NCBI GenBank assembly: GCA_964525225.1
Contig: CAZGDX010000001.1
Location: 40,654 to 104,653, forward strand
Direction of reading: 5' to 3'
DNA length: 64,000 nt
From: an uncultured Gammaproteobacteria bacterium
GTDB lineage: Bacteria > Patescibacteriota > Patescibacteriia > DYHP01
The position numbers and the translations under genes were made by a program. The notes below the pieces were generated by a model. That model did no database searches, was not told the DNA's origin, and saw only the letters and a program-made list of their open reading frames with translations. Below are positions 47,775 to 57,673 of the stretch, one piece after another (position 1 is the stretch's first letter; each line of letters begins with the position of its first letter).

Positions 47775-49184
47775 TTAATACGCTCCTTTTTTTGTTATTA
47801 TCGCAATTGGTGTTTTTAACAGTATATACAAATCCATCTTTGGCGACCAGTTTTCAATATAGAAAATGTCAAGACGCGCTTCGTCGTCAAATTCTAGATT
47901 GGAACGTCCGGAAATTTGCGCGAGTCCGGTAATGCCGGGTTTGATTTCAAAAATTTTTTGATGATGGCGCGCGTATTTTTCCACTTCTCTCGGCTGGTGC
48001 GGGCGCGGGCCGACCAAACTCATATTTCCAATTAAACAGTTAAAGAATTGCGGAAGTTCATCCATGCTCCACTGGCGTAAAAAACGCCCGAATCCTGTAA
48101 CGCGCGGGTCATCTTTTATTTTATAAACCGGACCTTCTTTAATGCCTTTTTCGGTAATCAGCTGTTGTTCAAGAGCCATCGCTTCTTCTTGATTTCCGAA
48201 TTGTTTTCCCACGGATACTTCTTTTTTCATTGTTCGGAATTTAAAAGCGTCAAATTTTTTTCCGCGTTCGCCGACGCGTTCATTTTTGAAAATTACCGGC
48301 AAGCCGGTTTCCAGCAAAATTCCAATAGTCGCGAAAATCAAAAGGGGAGAGAAAATGATGATTAAAAACAGCGCGCCCAAAATATCAAAAGCCCTTTTGA
48401 AAATTTTCCCCCATCCTTCAAGAGATGTTTTTTTGATTTCTACGAACGGAATTCCGGCAATGGCGTGAACTTCAATTTTGGCGCTGCCACTGGCAAAAAT
48501 ATCCGCCGAATATTTTATGGATATATGATGCGTGATGGAAAAATCCAAAATTCGTTCAAGTTCTTCGCGGGAAATTTTTGGGTCGGTTATTATGATTTCA
48601 TCAATTCTCATTTTGTCGATTTCTTCTTCCGCGGACAGGTCAAAGCGTGGAAAGGCGCGCAGAATATTTATTCCGGCCGAAGAATCTTTTTTGAATTCCT
48701 CAATGATTATTTCCGCTTCTTTGTTCCCGCCGACAACCACAATATTTTTTCGTATTATGCCTTTTTTCGCCAGCATTTTATAAATTTGTTGGAAAACCTG
48801 TCGTTCCAATCCGGCAAAAGAAAAACTTAAAAACCATACGGCAATGATAATAAACCGCGAAGCAAAAAATTCCCGGCGGAAAAAGAGAATCAAAATAGTA
48901 AGCGCGATGGCTGCCGACGAAGCGAAAAATATCTTTATGATTTCTTCAAATACCGGGCGTCTTTCTTTTTTATATAGGCCGGAAAGAGTGAAGAAAAACA
49001 CGATTACAAAAGAAAAGCTGAAGGAAATTAAAAGATAGTTTGGAAATGTAATAATTTCGGTGGCCGGACGCCACTCGGTTAAAGCGCTGAAACGTAAATA
49101 ATATGCCGCGAGGGTCGCCAAAAAGACCGCGGCAAAATCCAGCGGGAGTTTAAGGAATAGAAGTATGAGCTCTATTCTTTTCAT
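47775..49184 (-). CDS. polyprenyl-phosphate sugar phosphotransferase (WbaP/bacterial sugar transferase family)
   Basis: Five N-terminal TM helices and the C-terminal catalytic domain ...RPLLIFATIGILLETGLPVIFKNERVGERGKKFDAFKFRTM...LVGPRP. Confidence 0.85.
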   Translation of the reverse strand: MKRIELILLFLKLPLDFAAVFLATLAAYYLRFSALTEWRPATEIITFPNYLLISFSFSFVIVFFFTLSGLYKKERRPVFEEIIKIFFASSAAIALTILILFFRREFFASRFIIIAVWFLSFSFAGLERQVFQQIYKMLAKKGIIRKNIVVVGGNKEAEIIIEEFKKDSSAGINILRAFPRFDLSAEEEIDKMRIDEIIITDPKISREELERILDFSITHHISIKYSADIFASGSAKIEVHAIAGIPFVEIKKTSLEGWGKIFKRAFDILGALFLIIIFSPLLIFATIGILLETGLPVIFKNERVGERGKKFDAFKFRTMKKEVSVGKQFGNQEEAMALEQQLITEKGIKEGPVYKIKDDPRVTGFGRFLRQWSMDELPQFFNCLIGNMSLVGPRPHQPREVEKYARHHQKIFEIKPGITGLAQISGRSNLEFDDEARLDIFYIENWSPKMDLYILLKTPIAIITKKGAY

Positions 49185-49212
49185 GCCTCTACCTTACCAA
49201 AAAGAACCAATC

Positions 49213-49241
49213 TTGACAATTAGCTTAAAATGTGCTACAAT
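49213..49241 (+). promoter_or_regulatory. promoter TTGACA-17-TACAAT (extended -10 TGcTACAAT) for RNase P RNA
   Basis: Exact -35; TG dinucleotide sits two bp upstream of the -10 hexamer. Confidence 0.65.
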
Positions 49242-49249
49242 ACATCTGT

Positions 49250-49800
49250 TCCTTGAAATAAGAAAACCGGATAGCTGCCCCACACCTTTTGGCTTTTATT
49301 ATTTAAGTTTCGTCTATGTTCTATGTTTATATCTTAAAAAGCATGCAAAGGCCCTAGTCCAATTAAAGAGAAGAATAAGATGGTCGCTAGATGAAAGCTA
49401 AAAGGTGTGGGGAGGAAAGTCCGAACACCATTCTTCGCAGCAATGCGGGGCTTAGAGGTAGTCGCTAACGGCGACGGGGAGTAAATAATTTTGTTTTATC
49501 GCGGATTTGCGTTTATAGCGCAAACAAGCGAATGCAGTTTTAAGAAGCCCACGGATAGTGTCTTGAAAAAGGTTTGTTTTTCTTGTAGTAATATAAGAAA
49601 GATAAGCAACAGAAAATATACCGCCGAATTCCCGATTTTTCGGGAATGGCAAGGTTGAAATCGTGAGGTAAGAGCTCACGCGTAACCGCAGCGATGCGGC
49701 ATGTGGCAAACACCTACCCGGTGCAAGGTTTAAAAACCGCTTGAGCTTTATAGAAATATAAAGCCCAGAGAAATAGCTATCCACCCCTCACACGGAAAGC
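49250..49800 (+). ncRNA. rnpB: RNase P RNA (bacterial type), with an unusually long insertion in the P3 region
   Basis: Universally conserved GGAGGAAAGUCCG (P4 5' strand), ACAGAAAAUAUACCGCC, GGUAAGAGCUCACG and CACCUACCCGGUGCAAGG blocks in the canonical order. P1 candidate pairing ggatagct(49282)/agctatcc(49778). Ends are approximate. Confidence 0.75.
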
Positions 49801-50138
49801 GATTGTGTGCAACGCTTGATATTATTGGCGATATTTTAAAATGTCACTTAGAAATATTAAATGTTCAAATTATTGCATACTTTCGTTTTTTCGCTTTCCG
49901 TGTGAAGGGGGACAGAATTCGGCTTATAGGTTATCTTATATTTAAGGAACAAAAATACGCTTGAGTACTCAAGCGTATTTTTGTTTGAACACCAACTGTG
50001 TACAATTCCAATTGACACAAGTCCAAAAAAATGGTATAATATATGTGTAAGCTCGAAAAGGGTTTACTAAAACAAAAAAATAGAAATGCCCCAATTTAAT
50101 CCGCGTATAGGCGTGGAACATCTGTGGCAAAAACAAAA

Positions 50139-50462
50139 ATGAACGAAGAAATAACGAATTTTAATAATCTTGATACCGCCCCGATTTTTGAAGCGGAAAA
50201 TACGGCGCCGCAAAGCGTCCCGGAAGCTGTTTTAAAAGACAGTTTTTTTGTTTTTTTAAAACCGAATTGTTATTACGAAGACGGCGCGGTGCAGACGGAT
50301 TTCGTGGCATATAATATTCCGATGGAGAATTTGAATTTAAGTTCGGAACTAATCCACAAATTAAATGTCTGCCCAACTTCCTTAATGAAGGACTTCCAGA
50401 CCCTTGAATCGCAGGCGTATGATATCAAATCTCTGGCAGAACATGGTATAATGGAATCATAA
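50139..50462 (+). CDS. hypothetical protein
   Basis: No family recognised. Confidence 0.35.
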   Translation: MNEEITNFNNLDTAPIFEAENTAPQSVPEAVLKDSFFVFLKPNCYYEDGAVQTDFVAYNIPMENLNLSSELIHKLNVCPTSLMKDFQTLESQAYDIKSLAEHGIMES

Positions 50463-50536
50463 ATCAATTTAAGATTTCAAATTTCAAATTTCAAATTTAA
50501 TTTTGCAATTTGCAATCTGAAATTTGCATTTAGCAT

Positions 50537-50863
50537 ATGGACACAAAACAAATTCAAAAAGAAATTAAGAAAGGTTTAAATTCAAAGAATTTCATCGCGG
50601 CGCTATCTTATCTTTGGATTCTTTGTCTCGTTCCGTTAATTCTTAAAAGAAACGACAAGCTCGCGCAATTTCACGGCAAGCAAGGTTTGCTTTTGGCGGT
50701 GCTTTGGTTTTTTGGCGGTTTGATTTTTTGGATACCAGTAATCGGCTGGCTTGCGGCATTGACTCTCGCGATTGCGTCGGTCGTTGGATTTTTTAAAGCG
50801 TTGCAAGGTGAAATGTGGGAAATGCCGGTAATCGGCCAATACGCTAAAAAAATTGATTTATAA
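50537..50863 (+). CDS. small membrane protein (DUF4870/TM2-like topology)
   Basis: Two or three TM helices; FHGKQGLLL pattern. Confidence 0.45.
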   Translation: MDTKQIQKEIKKGLNSKNFIAALSYLWILCLVPLILKRNDKLAQFHGKQGLLLAVLWFFGGLIFWIPVIGWLAALTLAIASVVGFFKALQGEMWEMPVIGQYAKKIDL

Positions 50864-51009
50864 TTTATGCCCAGTAATACAACCCAGTATAAAAAGCTAA
50901 TGCTTTTATACTGGACTTCATTCACTACTGTTCACTCCGCTTCCAGAAATCTTGAAGCGAAGCCCGGTAGTTAACCGAAGGTTATTACTACTGGGTTGAT
51001 ATACTGGGT

Positions 51010-52096
51010 ATGAATCCCAAAATAGAAGAATTGCAGCAAAAGGTCCGGGATTTAGGGAGGTTTCTTTGACATAGAAACAGCCCGGAAAGAAATTAGAGTT
51101 TTAGAGGCGGAAATGAATTCCGCTGATTTTTGGAAAAACACCGAAGAAGCAAAAAAAGTTTCTGCCGAACACGGCGCCTTGTCGCAAAAGGTAAAGACAT
51201 TTGAAGATTTGGAAGATGAAGTGGCCGCGCTTGTTGATTTTGAAAAAGAAGCTGCGGTTTTGGCAGATAAAGAACTAAACGAAGAAATAACAAAAAAAAT
51301 AATTGAACTCCAAGCCCGGGTGGCTAAATTGGAGTTTTTTCTTTTATTTTCCGAAAAATACGACAAAAGTAATGCCATTATTTCAATTCATGCCGGCGCC
51401 GGGGGAACGGAAGCCCAGGATTGGGTCGGAATGATTCTGCGGATGATTATGAGGTATTGTGAAAAAAAGGGTTTTAAAACGCAGATTTTGGACGAGCATA
51501 GGGGCGCGGAAGCCGGATACAAGAGCGCGACTCTTTCGGTTGAAGGGGAATATGCTTATGGATATTTAAAATCCGAATCAGGGACGCACCGCCTGGTGCG
51601 CATTTCTCCGTTTGACGCGGAAAAAATGCGCCACACATCTTTTGCCGGGGTGGAAATTTTGCCGGAAATTCCAGAGACCGAAGAAGTGGTGATAGACCCT
51701 AAAGATTTGCGAGTGGATACATTTTTATCCGGCGGACATGGCGGTCAAAGCGTGCAAACCACTTATTCCGCGGTCCGCATAGTTCATATTCCAACCGGAA
51801 TTACGGTTTCTTGCCAAAATGAGCGCTCACAGCTAAAGAACAAGGAAATAGCAATGAAAGTGCTCCGCGCTAAATTATTTAAAAAATACGAAGAAGAACG
51901 GACAAAGGAAGTTCAAGAAATTCGCGGGGAGCATGTTTCCGCGGAGTGGGGAAGGCAAATCCGTTCGTATGTTTTGCACCCTTATAAAATGGTCAAAGAC
52001 CACCGCACCGATTACGAAACCCAAGATACCGACGCGGTTCTTGATGGCAATTTGGATGAATTTGTGGAACAATACTTAAGAAGTTTAAAGAAATAA
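51010..52096 (+). CDS. prfB: peptide chain release factor 2, requires +1 programmed ribosomal frameshift at CTT TGA C (join 51010..51066,51068..52096)
   Basis: The short frame-0 ORF MNPKIEELQQKVRDLGRFL ends at TGA within GGGAGG TTT CTT TGA C, the canonical RF2 autoregulatory site with an internal SD. The +1 frame continues DIETARKEIRVLEAEMNSADFW...SPF motif...GGQ. Confidence 0.9.
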
Positions 52097-52097
52097 A

Positions 52098-52664
52098 ATG
52101 AAAATCGCAAAGAAAATAAAAACAGAAGAAATTGCCCGTCTTTTAAAAAAGGGCGGAGTTGTGGTATTGCCGACCGATACGGCGTATGGCTTTTCGTGTG
52201 ATTCAAAAAATAAAAAAGCCATTAAAAGAATATATAATATAAAAGGAAGGCCGAAACAAAAACCATTCCTATTTATAGTATCAGATTTGAAAATGGTGGA
52301 AAAATTTTTTGTTTTATCGCCGGAGGAAAAGAAGCTTGCCAAAAAGCACTGGCCGGGACCGCTCTCGATTGTTCTTCGTCCCAAAAAAGACGGGAGGAGA
52401 GTGGGCGTGCGTGTGCCGGATAATAATCTTTGCCGCAAAATAATAAAAAAACTCGGCCGGCCGATTATCACGACTTCGGCGAATGTTTCCGGAATGGAAA
52501 CTCCGTACAGTATTACGGAAATTTTAAAACAATTCGGTAAAGCGGATTTTGCGGATTTGATAATTGATGTCGGAAAATTAAAAAAAGTTAAACCGTCAAC
52601 ATTGATAAAAATAGAGAAGGGGAAAGTAGTGGTTTTAAGGCAGGGGCCGGTTAAAATTATATAA
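52098..52664 (+). CDS. tsaC: L-threonylcarbamoyladenylate synthase (YrdC/Sua5 family)
   Basis: VVVLPTDTAYGF...YrdC fold pattern; 188 aa. Confidence 0.85.
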   Translation: MKIAKKIKTEEIARLLKKGGVVVLPTDTAYGFSCDSKNKKAIKRIYNIKGRPKQKPFLFIVSDLKMVEKFFVLSPEEKKLAKKHWPGPLSIVLRPKKDGRRVGVRVPDNNLCRKIIKKLGRPIITTSANVSGMETPYSITEILKQFGKADFADLIIDVGKLKKVKPSTLIKIEKGKVVVLRQGPVKII

Positions 52665-52756
52665 CCCCTCTTAATCTCCCCTTTGACAAAAGGGGAGAAA
52701 GTGTCGTCTCCCGCCCTTTTTCTAAAAGGAGGGTGGGGAGGGTTAATTAAAGAAAT

Positions 52757-53558
52757 GTTAAACGCGTTTGAAATCAAAAAACTTTGTGAAGAACTCGGAA
52801 TCGTCCCCACAAAAAGCAAAGGACAGAATTTTTTGATAGATAAAAATATTTTGGATAAAATAATCGCTGCCGCGGATTTGAAAAAGAGTGATACGGTTTT
52901 GGAAGTTGGCCCGGGTCTGGGCGTTTTGACCGAAGAGCTTTTGAAGCGGGTACAAAAAGTGTTCGCCGTGGAATTGGATAAAAAATTATTTGAAAGATTA
53001 AGTGTTGTCTTTAAAAATAACAAAAATTTAAAAATCTACAACGCCGACATTTTGCAATTTGAAATTTGCAATTTGAAATTCAACAAAGTAGTTGCCAATC
53101 TTCCGTATCAGATAACGTCCGCGGTTATTAGAAAATTTTTGGAAAATGAGATTAAGCCGGAACTTATTGTTTTGATGGTTCAAAAAGAAGTGGCCGAACG
53201 CATTTGCACGCGTTCCGGAGATATGGGGCTCTTGTCAGTTTCCGTTCAATTTTATGGCAAACCGGAAATAGTTTCAAAAGTTTCAAAAAATTCTTTCTGG
53301 CCGGTGCCAAAAGTGGATTCGGCGATTTTAAAAATTACGCCGATTAAGCGAGAAAAAATAAATGAAGAAAAATTTTTCCGTATTGTCCGCGCGGGTTTTG
53401 CTCATCCTCGCAAACAGCTTCGTAGAAATTTGGCAGACGGATTAAATTTGCCGGTGAAAAAAATAGACAAAGCGATTCTATCCGCCAAGTTAAATCCAAA
53501 AATTCGGGCCGAAGAATTGGAGGTGGAGGATTGGATAAAGATTATGAGAATAATATAA
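52757..53558 (+). CDS. rsmA: 16S rRNA (adenine1518/1519-N6)-dimethyltransferase
   Basis: KSKGQNFLIDKNILDKI, VLEVGPGLGVLT, VVANLPYQITS motifs. Start set at Met MLNAFEIKK; the ORF extends upstream to 52683. Confidence 0.88.
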
Positions 53559-53586
53559 AATGAACGTTCACTGAACGTTCATTTTA
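53559..53586 (+). terminator. terminator hairpin (aatgaacg ttcactgaa cgttcatt) after rsmA
   Basis: 8-bp stem plus T-rich tail. Confidence 0.55.
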
Positions 53587-53592
53587 TGTTTT

Positions 53593-53680
53593 TGTCATCC
53601 CGAGCGAAGCCGAGGGATCCCTTAAACATTGTCGAAGCGATTCCTCCACTCACTGCGGTTCGGTCGGAAAGACAATGTGA
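53593..53680. repeat. GTCATCC hairpin element, copy C
   Basis: tgtcatcccgagcgaagccgagggatccc..., with an internal acattgtc/gacaatgt inverted repeat. Confidence 0.55.
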
Positions 53681-53684
53681 TTTT

Positions 53685-54827
53685 CTATTCTTCAATAGCA
53701 AACCCGTCTTCGGTGTAAACATTCCGCGCGTTCCAGAACATCCATCCCGCTCCGCCAGCATCGGCCACCGCCTTAATCTGCGCTTTGATTTTTGCGGCAT
53801 CGTAATTCGCGCCCATATCAAAATCCTGAAGCCAAGGGCGGAGTTTGGCGAATTTTTCCGCGGGAATTTCAGGATGCGCTTTGCGGAAGTGTTCCAGGCG
53901 GACCATGGTTTCTTCTAAGCTCATTTTTACCACTTCATAAGGAAATTCCGCCGGGTTTTTATATTGCCTGAAACCGCCGTAATAGTGCGACGGATACATC
54001 ATTTGGGAAATGGCGTCAAAATGCGGATACGCGTCTATAATGCGCTGTCCGATGGTCAGGTCGTTATCATTGCAACAGGTTAGTCCGAACAGGTCCGCGG
54101 AAATCGGAATACCTTGCTGCCGGAGATTTTTATCTAGATATTCGTAAAAAGATTTTAAAGTTGCAAATTTTTCCCCGCCTTTCCAATAGTTGAATTTCAT
54201 TTGCGCCACCGGGCCATCGGAGGGAAAACGGATGTAGTCAAAATTTATTTCATCAAATCCGCGTTCGTATGCTTCGCGCGCCAACGTTATATTGTAATCC
54301 CAAATTCCTTGAACCGCGGGGTCTATCCACGTCGTTCCGCGCCAGTCCTTCCATAATCCGCCGTATTTGTTTTGAACGGCCCATTGCGGATTTTTGGCAA
54401 CGGCGGCCGGGTCCTGAAAAACAAAAACGCGCGCGATTAAATAGATATTTTTGCCATGCGCCTTTTTAATCATTCCGTCAAAATCCGGAATTTGAATATT
54501 GACATCTGCAAATTTTTTTAGATTTTGGTTTTTTGGTTCAAACGCCAGATATCCGGCGCCGGTTTTTATATCAATAACAAAAGAATTGATTTCGGTTTTT
54601 TCCGCGAATTTCAAAAGTTCTTCAAATCTTCTTGAACCCGCTGAATAAGCGGTTAAATAAATCGCTTTTGCTGTTTCAGGGGTTTGAATATGGAAGATTT
54701 TGGTTTCCGCGAATTCCGCCGGTTTTCTGTCAAATTGAAATAAAATCACAGTTCCGGCAATCAGAAAAGCCAGGCAAACGGCAGGAATCCAGAATATAGA
54801 TTTAATTTTAGAATAATTAATCTTCAT
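53685..54827 (-). CDS. secreted/membrane-anchored putative glycoside-hydrolase-like TIM-barrel protein (GH-like, DUF4015-type resemblance)
   Basis: N-terminal TM/signal sequence; pattern typical of the GHL families (…NSFVIDIK…, …EINFDYIRFP…). Confidence 0.55.
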   Translation of the reverse strand: MKINYSKIKSIFWIPAVCLAFLIAGTVILFQFDRKPAEFAETKIFHIQTPETAKAIYLTAYSAGSRRFEELLKFAEKTEINSFVIDIKTGAGYLAFEPKNQNLKKFADVNIQIPDFDGMIKKAHGKNIYLIARVFVFQDPAAVAKNPQWAVQNKYGGLWKDWRGTTWIDPAVQGIWDYNITLAREAYERGFDEINFDYIRFPSDGPVAQMKFNYWKGGEKFATLKSFYEYLDKNLRQQGIPISADLFGLTCCNDNDLTIGQRIIDAYPHFDAISQMMYPSHYYGGFRQYKNPAEFPYEVVKMSLEETMVRLEHFRKAHPEIPAEKFAKLRPWLQDFDMGANYDAAKIKAQIKAVADAGGAGWMFWNARNVYTEDGFAIEE

Positions 54828-54977
54828 TCTTATATTATATCATTTTTGCGGTTCTTTTAAGAATGGCAAAGGGCACCTTTGACAACCCTGTCAAAGGTGC
54901 CCTTTGCCATTGACTTTTAGCTGATTTTTTGTTAACCTTTTCTTAAAGGACTTTAAAAAATAGCAAGAGGCAAGCAG

Positions 54978-55397
54978 ATGAAAAAAAAGGTAGTTTTGTG
55001 TTTTTTGCTCTTGTTTTTTGAAAATACGGCTTTTGCCGAAGAATACAGGGTTGATGGCGGGATAGTGTCTGTATTAAGAACAGAAGATTATGTCAGATTT
55101 AGTTATATTCCGGACGATGTTTCGCAAAATTATACGCAGTATCTTTATATTTTAAGAGGGAACCACAGACATTTTAGGGAATTGCGAATATATCAGGCAG
55201 GAAGGCCGATGATATTTATCACGGCGAACGCGCAAGCCGACATCGTGAGAGTCGGAGTCGGGACGGAAAATTGTTATTGCGCTTTAAGCCGGTGCAAATC
55301 TCAGTGCGGATTGGGCAAAATGCTTTTAAATCTCTGGACAAACAAATTGAGGATAAACGAACATCTTGTGAACCCTAATCGCATTATTATTTTTTAA
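54978..55397 (+). CDS. hypothetical secreted protein
   Basis: Signal peptide and four Cys; no family recognised. Confidence 0.4.
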   Translation: MKKKVVLCFLLLFFENTAFAEEYRVDGGIVSVLRTEDYVRFSYIPDDVSQNYTQYLYILRGNHRHFRELRIYQAGRPMIFITANAQADIVRVGVGTENCYCALSRCKSQCGLGKMLLNLWTNKLRINEHLVNPNRIIIF

Positions 55398-55450
55398 AAA
55401 CTCCGCTTTCGTCTCGCGGCATTGCGGGACTATGGCGGGTAAGGAGAAGA

Positions 55451-55678
55451 ATGGGCAATAATTACGAGACCACTGCTTTGGCAAGAGCGGTTGTTATCGC
55501 GGTATTTGTTATCTTTATATTGTTGATTATTTTTGTGTCTAAATTTTTTCCAGAATCTTTGCCCGGTTCCGGCGGTTTTGACGCGGATGTCCGTGAATCG
55601 GATGTTTGTTGTTGCGAGAACGGTTTTGTGGTTGAACAAATTTCGTTTGGTCAATGTCCGGCCGAATGTTCGCCTTGA
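55451..55678 (+). CDS. hypothetical small membrane protein
   Basis: One TM helix and a CCC motif. Weak call; a terminator hairpin lies at 55752-55785. Confidence 0.3.
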   Translation: MGNNYETTALARAVVIAVFVIFILLIIFVSKFFPESLPGSGGFDADVRESDVCCCENGFVVEQISFGQCPAECSP

Positions 55679-55851
55679 CGGCCTCCTTGGCAGCGTCCGG
55701 GCGACGCTGGAAATTCTGACGGCGGCACTAAACGGGATGCCGACTGATTTCAAACTCTCCGCAGTACTGTGGAGAGTTTTTTATTGACAAAACGCGGTTT
55801 TTATGCAAAGATAGCGCAATACGGTCATTAAAAAAACGAAAAGGAGAGCAG

Positions 55852-56325
55852 ATGAGATATCCGCCGTTTCGGATAATTTTAATTCTGTTGTCAATTTATT
55901 GCCTGTCATTTTTTTTACAATGCGCAACGGAAGAAACGCAAGCGGGACAACTGCGGCAATTGCAAGAAGATTCTCAAGAAGAGCCGAAGGAAAAAATTAT
56001 CACTACAAAAAGAATGAGCACAATAACGATTGATTATTATGAAGGGAAAATTTACGTCGCGCGATATACCCATTTTTTAAAAAATCATCCAAGATATAAT
56101 AAATATTCCGGACGGGCCGCTTTTTATAAAAAGAATCCTCAAGTAAAGGCATGGATAAACCGCAAAAGAGAAGTTGCCATTGTTTATTATGGGGATTCCC
56201 GTTATGATTGCAGTTTTTTTAGATATAAATATACGAGTTGCAGAGCTGTCCAAAAAAGATTAATTTATTGGGAAAAACGGCTGGAGATTAAGCGGAGAGT
56301 GGAAGAAGCCGGAGGCGAGTATTGA
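55852..56325 (+). CDS. hypothetical secreted protein
   Basis: Signal peptide, basic, Tyr-rich; terminator cccttggaatttttccaaggg at 56328-56355. Confidence 0.4.
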   Translation: MRYPPFRIILILLSIYCLSFFLQCATEETQAGQLRQLQEDSQEEPKEKIITTKRMSTITIDYYEGKIYVARYTHFLKNHPRYNKYSGRAAFYKKNPQVKAWINRKREVAIVYYGDSRYDCSFFRYKYTSCRAVQKRLIYWEKRLEIKRRVEEAGGEY

Positions 56326-56400
56326 TTTTTGACCCTTGGAATTTTTCCAAGGGTTTTTTTTAATTGAATTTTTATCCGGAATTTAGTATTATATAAAAAT

Positions 56401-57174
56401 ATGAAACCAATCATAAAATCAAAAGAAGAAATAGAAATAATGCGCCAGGGCGGGAAAATCCTGTCGCGGGTTTTGAAGCAGGTCGTAAAGATGGCTAAGC
56501 CGGGTGTTGGGACTGTGGCGCTTGATGAATTTGCTGAAGAAGAAATGAGAAAAATCGGCGGGAAACCGGCGTTCAAGGGTTATCCGGCGCATTCAAAAAA
56601 TCCTTTCCCAAATACTTTATGCATTTCAATAAATGATGAAGTGGTTCATGGAATGGCAGCCCCTAACCGTATTTTGAAATCCGGGGATGTTTTGAGTTTG
56701 GACGCGGGATTAATATATAAAGGAATGTTTACGGATATGGCGGTTACGGTACCGGTTGGAAAAATTGACAAAGATGCCAAACGGCTCATAGACGCCACAA
56801 GCCAATCGCTGAATACCGGATTAAAAACAATAAAATCTGGCGCTGACCTTTCGGATTTGGGGCGGGCGATTGAAGAATTTGTTACTAAAAAAGGTTTTTA
56901 CGTGGTGCGCGATTTGACCGGGCACGGAGTTGGCAGGGAATTGCACGAAGCCCCGTCCATTCCAAATTTTTTTGACCGCGGATTTAGTGTTATCTTGCGC
57001 GAAGGAATGACGCTCGCGATTGAACCGATGGTTTGCGAATGTTCGCATGAAGTTTTTACAGATGACGATAATTGGACAATAAAAACTTGTGAAGGCGGGC
57101 GCGCGGCGCATTTTGAAGCGACTCTTGCGGTTACAAAAAACGGATGCGAAATTTTAACACCGATGTTTTGGTAA
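56401..57174 (+). CDS. map: methionine aminopeptidase type I
   Basis: Metal ligands are in the typical context (D...D...H...E...E). Confidence 0.92.
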   Translation: MKPIIKSKEEIEIMRQGGKILSRVLKQVVKMAKPGVGTVALDEFAEEEMRKIGGKPAFKGYPAHSKNPFPNTLCISINDEVVHGMAAPNRILKSGDVLSLDAGLIYKGMFTDMAVTVPVGKIDKDAKRLIDATSQSLNTGLKTIKSGADLSDLGRAIEEFVTKKGFYVVRDLTGHGVGRELHEAPSIPNFFDRGFSVILREGMTLAIEPMVCECSHEVFTDDDNWTIKTCEGGRAAHFEATLAVTKNGCEILTPMFW

Positions 57175-57175
57175 T

Positions 57176-57568
57176 ATGATGCTCGGAATTGATTACGGCA
57201 CAAAAAATGTGGGAGTGGCGATCGGCGGGCCTGAAACCGGCCTGGCTTTGCCATATAAAACTTTGAAAAACGGAGATAAATTTTTTGCGGAACTTAAAAA
57301 AATTTGCGAAGACGAAAGAATAGAAAAAATAATAATCGGAATTCCGATGCCAACGCGAGGCGAGGCAGGGGAGCAAGTGGCGCGGGCGAAAAAGTTCGCT
57401 CATGCGATAGGCGAGAAAACCGGATGCCCGGTCGTCACGGTAGACGAGAAGTTCACCACCCGCGAGGTGAAAAGCTATTTCTCCGATTTTAAAAAAAAAA
57501 TGAAGAAAATAGAAAAAGACGCAGCCGCAGCTGCGATAATCCTTCAGAGTTATTTGGATAGGAAATAA
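57176..57568 (+). CDS. ruvX: Holliday-junction-resolvase-like YqgF/RuvX
   Basis: MLGIDYGTKNVGVAIG N-terminus; 130 aa. Confidence 0.85.
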   Translation: MMLGIDYGTKNVGVAIGGPETGLALPYKTLKNGDKFFAELKKICEDERIEKIIIGIPMPTRGEAGEQVARAKKFAHAIGEKTGCPVVTVDEKFTTREVKSYFSDFKKKMKKIEKDAAAAAIILQSYLDRK

Positions 57569-57673
57569 GCCCTTGACAAAAAAGTAAAATTATAATAATA
57601 TAAAATGATTCTTTAATAAGAGTCATTTTTGTTCTTTTTAGAGTAAAAAATAAAAAAAGAGGAGCGAAGAAAA

